Below are positions 58,049 through 64,000 of a stretch of 64,000 bases of DNA, one piece after another (the first letter of the stretch is position 1; each line of letters starts with the position of its first letter). The position numbers and the translations under genes are program-made. The stretch comes from Myxococcota bacterium. Its GTDB lineage: Bacteria > Myxococcota_A > UBA9160 > UBA4427. The stretch covers positions 1,984,001-2,048,000 of the forward strand of contig OZ252299.1 in the NCBI GenBank assembly GCA_965250285.1, read 5' to 3'. The notes under the pieces are model-generated. The model had not been told where the DNA came from. It made no database searches and saw nothing but the letters and a program-made list of their open reading frames with translations.

Positions 58049-58720
58049 ATGATCATGAGCCGCAGGTCGAACCACCCCACCGCAGCCCGAGTGCTGGTCG
58101 CGCTCTGGCTCTCGCTGAGCGCTGCAGCCCCTGCGCTCGCAGCGCCGATCACCTACGAGTTGACGGCGACGGTCTACCAAGCGGCCGGCGACGTCCCTGC
58201 GTCGATTGCGCCTGGAACCACGCTGACGGCGACCGTGTCGTGGGATCCCTCCACGGCGATCGAGACCGATCCACCCGGGGCAGACGGTCGGGCACGCTAC
58301 GAGTGGCTTCCTGCGGCGTCGGGCGCGTCGATCGCTCTCGAGATCGCCGGATTCTCGGCCGTCTCGGACGGCGCGCAGACCGCCTTCGTCAACATCGTCT
58401 CTCCCACGTTCGGATCCGGATCTTGTTGTGATCTCTTGCAGTTCGGGGTGTCTTCGATCGGCACGGGCCTCGGGATCACCAACCTCGAGCTGCTGTTGAA
58501 AGATGGCGACGCGAACGCACTCAGCTCACTCGCACTGCCCACGAGTCTCGACCTCAGCGACTGGGACGATCCCGGTTTCAACTTCGTGATCCTGGATGGC
58601 GGCGTCGGCGCCGTGTTGAGCGAGATCGACACGCTCACGCTGATCCCCGAGCCGTCGACGGGCCTCCTGGTCGGTCTCGGCCTCGCCGCGCTGGCGCGTC
58701 ACGGTCGCAGACGGACCTGA
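58049..58720 (+). CDS. PEP-CTERM sorting-domain protein
   Basis: Signal peptide ending ALA; C-terminal IPEPSTGLLVGLGLAALARHGRRR. Confidence 0.9.
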   Translation: MIMSRRSNHPTAARVLVALWLSLSAAAPALAAPITYELTATVYQAAGDVPASIAPGTTLTATVSWDPSTAIETDPPGADGRARYEWLPAASGASIALEIAGFSAVSDGAQTAFVNIVSPTFGSGSCCDLLQFGVSSIGTGLGITNLELLLKDGDANALSSLALPTSLDLSDWDDPGFNFVILDGGVGAVLSEIDTLTLIPEPSTGLLVGLGLAALARHGRRRT

Positions 58721-58863
58721 AACAGCCGCAGACCTCGCGTCGACGTCGTCCAGCGGCCGGACGCCCGCGACGAGCGCGTCCTGGCGCATGCAGGCAGCGA
58801 GAAGGTCCCGAGCAGCGCGACGCCTTGACCGGGTCGACACGCTGGCCGATAACCCGGCGTGTC

Positions 58864-59484
58864 ATGCCGACCCCGAACCGTGCCACCCCGCCCCCGCTCG
58901 TCCTCGCGAGCGGCTCGCCGCGCCGACGCGATCTGCTCGGCCGCGCCGGGATCGACTTCGAGGTGATCCCGGCCGACATCGACGAGATCGAGATGCCCGG
59001 CGAGAAGCCCGCCGAGATGGTCGAGCGCCTCGCGCGCGAGAAGGCCCTCGCCGTGGCGGCCCGCCTCGACCCGGCCGACGGGCGCCCTGTCCTCGCCGCC
59101 GACACCATCGTGGTGCTGGGCGACCAGAAGCTCGGCAAGCCGCGCGATCGGGCCCACGCCGTCGAGCTGGTCTCGAGCCTCGTCGGCCGAACGCATCAGG
59201 TCGCAACCGGCGTGGCGCTCGCGCGCACGGTCGACCGCGCGATCCTGGTCGATGCGTTCCACGTGTTCACGTCGGTGCGCATGCGCGGCGCCGACCGAGG
59301 CGAAGTCGAAGCCTATGTCGAAACGGGTGAGTCCCTCGACAAGGCCGGCGGCTACGCCTTGCAGGGCGAGGGACGGCGCTTCGTCGAAGCCGTCGAGGGC
59401 AGTGACACGAACGTGATCGGGCTGCCGATGGACGAGACCCTCGCCCTGCTCGCCCGCCTGACCGACATCGAGGTGGGGCCGTGA
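58864..59484 (+). CDS. maf: Maf family nucleotide pyrophosphatase
   Basis: LASGSPRR, IDE, ADTIV, GKP, DKAGGY, NVIGLP. Confidence 0.94.
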   Translation: MPTPNRATPPPLVLASGSPRRRDLLGRAGIDFEVIPADIDEIEMPGEKPAEMVERLAREKALAVAARLDPADGRPVLAADTIVVLGDQKLGKPRDRAHAVELVSSLVGRTHQVATGVALARTVDRAILVDAFHVFTSVRMRGADRGEVEAYVETGESLDKAGGYALQGEGRRFVEAVEGSDTNVIGLPMDETLALLARLTDIEVGP

Positions 59485-60236
59485 GCGCGGCCCTCGATCC
59501 GACCGTCGCCGCCGATGTCGCCGATCGCGTCGCTCGTCTGCGCACGCGCATCGCCGAAGCCGCTGCACGGGCGGGCCGCGACCCGAGCCGAATCACCCTC
59601 GTCGGCGCCGCCAAGCGCCAGCCGATCGAGCGGGTCGCCGCCGCCGTCGCCGCGGGGGTCACCGACCTCGGCCACAACTACGTGCAGGAGGCCCGCGACA
59701 TGGGCCGCGACCTCGCGTCCCGCCTCGCCGCGCTGCACCCGGACGGCGACGCGCCCACCGTGCGGTGGCGGATGATCGGCCATCTCCAGCGCAACAAGGC
59801 CGGCGCCGCCGTCGAATGCTTCGAAGCCGTCGATGCAGTCGACTCGGCCAAGCTCGCGCGCGCGCTCGATCGCCGCGCGGGCGAGACCGGGCGCACGCTC
59901 GAGCTGGGCATCCAGGTGAATCTGACCGGCGAGACACAGAAGTCGGGGCTGCCCGAGGCCGACGTGCCCGCCCTGCTCGGCGCCTGTGCCGCTCTCGAGC
60001 ACGTGCGGGTCACCTCGTTGATGACCATGCCGGCCGCTTCGGAGCACGCCGAGGATGCACGCCCGGTCTTCGCGCAGCTGCGCGCCCTGCGCGATGCGCT
60101 GCGCAACGAGCCGGGCGGCGAAGCACTCGCAGGCCTGTCCATGGGCATGAGCGGCGACTTCGAGATCGCCATCGAGGAGGGCGCTACGCTGGTTCGCGTG
60201 GGCACCGCGCTCTTTGGTGACCGTGCCCCGCGCTGA
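59481..60236 (+). CDS. yggS: PLP homeostasis protein YggS
   Basis: NYVQE, IGHLQRNK, KSG, LSMGMSGD, VRVGTALFG. Confidence 0.94.
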   Translation: MSAALDPTVAADVADRVARLRTRIAEAAARAGRDPSRITLVGAAKRQPIERVAAAVAAGVTDLGHNYVQEARDMGRDLASRLAALHPDGDAPTVRWRMIGHLQRNKAGAAVECFEAVDAVDSAKLARALDRRAGETGRTLELGIQVNLTGETQKSGLPEADVPALLGACAALEHVRVTSLMTMPAASEHAEDARPVFAQLRALRDALRNEPGGEALAGLSMGMSGDFEIAIEEGATLVRVGTALFGDRAPR

Positions 60237-60287
60237 GCCGCGCGTTCGCCTGCCCCACATCGGCTGCCCCGCCGACCAGGAGATCTC

Positions 60288-61133
60288 ATGTCGGAAACGC
60301 CCGAAGCCCTGTCTGCGCTCGGCGAACGCCGCGTCGGCTTCATCGGCTGTGGCGCCATGGCCCAGGCCTTGGCGGGCGGCCTCATCGCGGCGGGGCTCGA
60401 GCCCGGCCGCCTGATGGGCGCCGACCCGGTGGCCGCGCAGCGCGACCAGTGGACCAAGAACCTCGCCGTCGAGGCCGTCGACGACGCCGAGTTCCTGCTC
60501 GGGGCCTGCGACATCGTCGTGCTGTGCGTGAAGCCGGGCATCGTTCCGACGGTGCTGGCGAGCGTGCACGAAGAGGCCGATGCGACGAAGCCGTTGTGGG
60601 TGTCGATCGCGGCCGGCGTGCCGATCGCCTCGATGACCGGCGGCCTGCCGGCGGGCGCGCGGGTCATCCGAACGATGCCCAATACGCCCGCGCTCGTCGG
60701 GGCCGGCGCGACCGCGCTCTGCGCCGGGCCGGGGGTCGACGGCGACGAGCTGGCCGCGGCCGAAACGCTCTTCGGTGCCGTCGGCGAAACGTGGATCTGC
60801 CCCGACGAAGCGCTGCTCGACGCAGTCACCGGTTTGTCGGGCAGCGGCCCGGCCTACGTGTTCCTGGTGCTCGAGGCCCTGGGCGATGCGGGCGTGCGAC
60901 AGGGCCTGCCCCGCGAAGCCGCGTATCGGCTGGCGTTCCAGACCGTGTACGGGGCGGCGAAGCTCGCCCTCGAGAGCGGTCTGCACCCGGGCGCGCTGAA
61001 AGATCAGGTCACTTCGCCGGGCGGCACCACGATCGCCGGGCTCGAGCGGCTCGAAGCCGGCGGGGTGCGCGCCGCGCTCCACGACGCCGTCGCCGCGGCG
61101 ACGGCACGCAGCAAGGAGCTCGGCGGCGACTGA
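60288..61133 (+). CDS. proC: Pyrroline-5-carboxylate reductase
   Basis: GCGAM, VKP, SIAAG, MPNTP, SGSGPAY, VTSPGGTT. Confidence 0.96.
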   Translation: MSETPEALSALGERRVGFIGCGAMAQALAGGLIAAGLEPGRLMGADPVAAQRDQWTKNLAVEAVDDAEFLLGACDIVVLCVKPGIVPTVLASVHEEADATKPLWVSIAAGVPIASMTGGLPAGARVIRTMPNTPALVGAGATALCAGPGVDGDELAAAETLFGAVGETWICPDEALLDAVTGLSGSGPAYVFLVLEALGDAGVRQGLPREAAYRLAFQTVYGAAKLALESGLHPGALKDQVTSPGGTTIAGLERLEAGGVRAALHDAVAAATARSKELGGD

Positions 61134-61228
61134 GGCCGAGCGGCCTGGGCGTGCCCCGGGTCACGCGCCCTCGATCTCGACGCCTCACCCGGCCGCCCCG
61201 CCGGCCTGAGCAGCCGCAGACGCCCCAG

Positions 61229-61258
61229 CTCAAGGGGGCCTCGAATTCTGCCGATGAG
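61229..61258 (+). promoter_or_regulatory. sigma28-like promoter upstream of the divIVA-like gene
   Basis: CTCAAG-N15-GCCGATGAG. Confidence 0.55.
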
Positions 61259-61333
61259 TTGCCCATGCGCCGATGCGCCGGGGGGCCCCGCTCGCCCGCC
61301 CGTGCCTGGTCGCGCGCCACGGGAGAGCTCACC

Positions 61334-61894
61334 ATGCGCATGACGCCCCTCGAGATTCACACCCACAAGTTCGGCCGCCGCTTCTCGGGGCTCGATGCCG
61401 AAGAGGTCGAGGCCTTCCTGCGAATGGTCGCCGAGGACTACGAGTCGGTGCTGCTCGAGAACGAGTCGTTCAAGGACCGCATCCACCGCCTCGAGGACGA
61501 GATCACGCGCCTCTCCGACCAGGAGAAGCTCCTGAAGGAGACCCTGCTCTCGGCCCAGTGCATGACCGAGGAGATGCGCCAGACCGCCGTCCGCGAGAGC
61601 GAGGTGCTGATCGGTGAGGCCGAGGTGCGGGCCGAGAAGATCATCGACGCCGCTCATCGTCGCGCCCATCAGATCGCCGAGTCGATTCGCGAGCTGAAGG
61701 GGCTGCGGGGCGGCATCGCCCAGGGCCTGCGCACCGCGATCCAGACCCACCTCGAGCTCATCGAGCGACTCGAAGCCTCGGGCGCCGACGACGGCGAGGG
61801 CATCGTCGATGGTCTCGTCGACGGCAAGGTCGCCGTGCTGACCGCGGGCCAGGCCGCGCCCAAGGCGGTGGGTGGCGGCGCGAAGTCCGACTGA
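61334..61894 (+). CDS. DivIVA-domain protein
   Basis: MTPLEI...F...G.D..EV..FL followed by coiled coil; ATG 61334. Confidence 0.9.
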   Translation: MRMTPLEIHTHKFGRRFSGLDAEEVEAFLRMVAEDYESVLLENESFKDRIHRLEDEITRLSDQEKLLKETLLSAQCMTEEMRQTAVRESEVLIGEAEVRAEKIIDAAHRRAHQIAESIRELKGLRGGIAQGLRTAIQTHLELIERLEASGADDGEGIVDGLVDGKVAVLTAGQAAPKAVGGGAKSD

Positions 61895-62196
61895 GCCCGG
61901 CCCCCCTCGAAAACAAGCCCGACCGCCCCGCGCAAGCAGCGGGTGCGCCGCTGCGTGTCGACCGCCCCCCGATTCGAAACTGGCTGGCGAGTGGGCTACA
62001 CCCTGCCCGCGTTCGGGCCAAGGCCGCACCTGCCCGCGGGGCAAGTCGACCTCGGGCAGGCCCGAACCCGATCCCGAACTCAGTGGCCATCGCCGGCCGC
62101 GTGCGCCTCGGCCGCGCGACGTCGCGAGGCCGGGCGCATCCAACACCACCGCCGCGCGACCCTTCGCCCGAGCGCCACAGCCAGGACGATCCGTCG

Positions 62197-62535
62197 ATGC
62201 CCATCTACGAGTACGAGTGCGACAAGTGCGGGCACGCGTTCGAGCGCGAGCAGCGCATGAGCGACCCGCCGGTCAAGACCTGCCCGCAATGCGGAAGCCG
62301 CCGCGTCCAGAAGCTGATCAGCCAGACCAGCTTCGTCTTGAAGGGGGGCGGCTGGTACGCCGACGGCTACAGCGACTCGAAGAGCAGCTCGAAGGACGAC
62401 GCATCGAGCAGCAGCGACAGCTCGAGCTCGTCCAGCAGCTCGAAGTCGGAGAGCAGCTCGGGCGGGAGCGACTCGTCGGGCAAGGGCAAGGGCAAGTCGA
62501 AGGGGAAGTCGAAGGGCAAGAAGAGCGCCGCCTGA
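62197..62535 (+). CDS. FmdB-family zinc-ribbon protein with Ser/Lys-rich tail
   Basis: [11 protein letters not shown]...CPQCG...KGGGWY..; low-complexity tail. Confidence 0.92.
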   Translation: MPIYEYECDKCGHAFEREQRMSDPPVKTCPQCGSRRVQKLISQTSFVLKGGGWYADGYSDSKSSSKDDASSSSDSSSSSSSSKSESSSGGSDSSGKGKGKSKGKSKGKKSAA

Positions 62536-62608
62536 GCCCGCAGCGGCGCACCCCCTTCTCCGATCACCGCGCAGCGTGCACCCGAACGATCGTCGCCGCG
62601 CACCGCGC

Positions 62609-62617
62609 TGGTATACT
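62609..62617 (+). promoter_or_regulatory. Extended -10 element upstream of folD
   Basis: TGgTATACT about 30 nt before the folD start. Confidence 0.45.
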
Positions 62618-62646
62618 GCCGGCTCCTTGCCCATGGGAGCCGCCGC

Positions 62647-63540
62647 TTGGCCGACACACCGTCCCCCAGCTCCAGTGCAACACCCATCGAGACCGTCGTC
62701 GTCGACGGGCTCGGCCTCGCCAAGAAGCTGCGCGGCCAGATGGCCGACGAGATCAACGCGCTCGTCGAGTCGGGGCGTCGCGCGCCTTGCCTCGTCGTCG
62801 TGCTCGTGGGCGACGACCCGGCGAGCCGCTCGTACATCAAGGGCAAGCAGCGTGCTTGCAAGAGCATCGGGATGGATTCGGCCGAGCACCTGCTGCCCGA
62901 AGAGACCACACAGGCAGAGCTGCTCACGCTGATCGAGCAGCTGAACGCCGACGATCACGTCGACGGCATCCTCGTGCAGCTGCCGCTTCCGAGCCACATC
63001 TCGCCGCAGGTCATCGCCGCCGCCATCGATCCCGCGAAGGACGCAGACGCCCTGCACCCGAACACGTCGGGCCGCCTCCTCGCCGGTACGGCCGACATCG
63101 TGTCGTGCACGCCGCTTGGCGTCATGGCCGTGCTCGAAGAGCACGGCGTCGAGCTCGAGGGCGCGCATGCCGTCGTGATCGGTCGCTCGGACATCGTGGG
63201 CAAGCCGGTGTCGCTGCTGCTGCAGCAGGCGAACGCCACCGTCACGATGTGCCACTCGCGCACGCAGAATCTGCCCGAGCTCTGCCGCATGGCCGACGTG
63301 CTCGTGGCGGCGACCGGCCGGCCGCGCATGGTGAAGGCCGACTGGATCAAGCCGGGCGCGGCCGTCATGGACGTGGGCGTCACCGAGGTCGGCGGCAAGC
63401 TCGTCGGCGACGTCGACTTCGACGCGGCCCACGGTGTCGCTGGCCTCATCACGCCCTCGCGCCGCGGCATCGGCCCCATGACGATCACGATGCTCCTGCG
63501 GAACACCCTGCACGCCTACCGCGCTCGGGTCGGCGTGTGA
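62647..63540 (+). CDS. folD: Methylenetetrahydrofolate dehydrogenase/cyclohydrolase
   Basis: Y..K, GILVQLPLP, CTPLG, GRSDIVGKP, GDVD, GIGPMT. Confidence 0.96.
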   Translation: MADTPSPSSSATPIETVVVDGLGLAKKLRGQMADEINALVESGRRAPCLVVVLVGDDPASRSYIKGKQRACKSIGMDSAEHLLPEETTQAELLTLIEQLNADDHVDGILVQLPLPSHISPQVIAAAIDPAKDADALHPNTSGRLLAGTADIVSCTPLGVMAVLEEHGVELEGAHAVVIGRSDIVGKPVSLLLQQANATVTMCHSRTQNLPELCRMADVLVAATGRPRMVKADWIKPGAAVMDVGVTEVGGKLVGDVDFDAAHGVAGLITPSRRGIGPMTITMLLRNTLHAYRARVGV

Positions 63541-63574
63541 GTCAGCCCGTCTCGACGCCGCCGGAGGTGCGCGG

Positions 63575-64000
63575 TTGAGCGACCTGCGCACGACCCCGCT
63601 CCACGCGGTGCATCAGCGCCTGGGCGCACGCATGGTTCCCTTCGCCGGGTTCGACATGCCCGTGCAGTACGCCTCGATCCTGCAGGAGCACGCCGCGGTG
63701 CGCGAACGTGCGGGCCTCTTCGACGTGAGCCACATGGGTCAGATCTGGCTCGATGGCCCCGAGGCGATCGCGACGGCCGAGCGCCTGGTGACCTGCCCGG
63801 TCGAGAGTCTGGCGCCGGGTCGCGTGCGCTACGGCCTGCTCTGCAACGACGAAGGCGGCTGTGTCGACGACGTCACGATCTACCGCTACAGCGACCAGTG
63901 CGTGCTGGTCTGCGTAAACGCCGCCAACATCGACAAGGATCGCGAGTGGATGGCCGCTCACGCTCCGCCGGCCGCCGGTCTCGACGACCGCAGCGACGAG
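63575..64000 (+). CDS. gcvT: Glycine cleavage system T protein (runs off the window)
   Basis: Not in the ORF track. From TTG 63575 (after GGAGG): [44 protein letters not shown]. Confidence 0.95.
   Translation, partial: MSDLRTTPLHAVHQRLGARMVPFAGFDMPVQYASILQEHAAVRERAGLFDVSHMGQIWLDGPEAIATAERLVTCPVESLAPGRVRYGLLCNDEGGCVDDVTIYRYSDQCVLVCVNAANIDKDREWMAAHAPPAAGLDDRSDE

Noticed and set aside
58825..58852. GCCGATAA upstream of maf as a fifth sigma28-like site
   Set aside because: The -35 position reads TGAC, not CAAG/TAAA; TTGACC suggests a sigma70-type promoter instead, so it is ambiguous
62370..62532. Short tandem AGC/TCG and GGCAAG repeats
   Set aside because: They encode the Ser- and Gly-Lys-rich tail common in FmdB-family proteins; not a CRISPR or a DNA-level repeat element
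1..64000. CRISPR arrays, transposases, prophage or defence systems
   Set aside because: No repeat-spacer periodicity or recognisable mobile or defence protein motifs found by reading

Overview
GC-rich, gene-dense bacterial chromosomal segment; gene content and order suggest a Myxococcota/deltaproteobacterial-type organism (inference only). In order: a lipid-catabolism group (Baeyer-Villiger monooxygenase running off the left edge, acyl-CoA ligase, double-MaoC protein); lon-1 plus a convergent glycosylation cluster (GT4, two DegT aminotransferases, two GT2, WcaJ-like priming transferase, GpgS-like); PilZ; a DinB-like and a penicillin-acylase-like gene; pgk-tpiA-secG-tRNA-Leu(GAG); small redox/metabolic genes; dnaK-hsp20-lon-2-OmpA/MotB; a divergent gspC-N type II secretion operon running into an ArsR-methyltransferase, HAD, tldD, pmbA and MBL hydrolase; mlaE/F/D; a PEP-CTERM protein; maf-yggS-proC-divIVA; FmdB-folD-gcvT (off the right edge). 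No mobile elements or CRISPR arrays were seen. Main observations: (1) an overlapping pair of apparent pseudo-enzymes, a DinB-like protein missing all three catalytic carboxylates but keeping the QLDLF clamp motif, and a penicillin-acylase-like protein missing its Ser nucleophile; (2) a CAAG-N15-(G/T)CCGA(T/A) sigma28-like promoter found four times at identical spacing; (3) a T2SS secretin with a C-terminal SPOR-like domain; (4) a candidate switchable RNA structure upstream of FmdB-folD-gcvT. All calls come from reading motifs by eye; no database searches were run.
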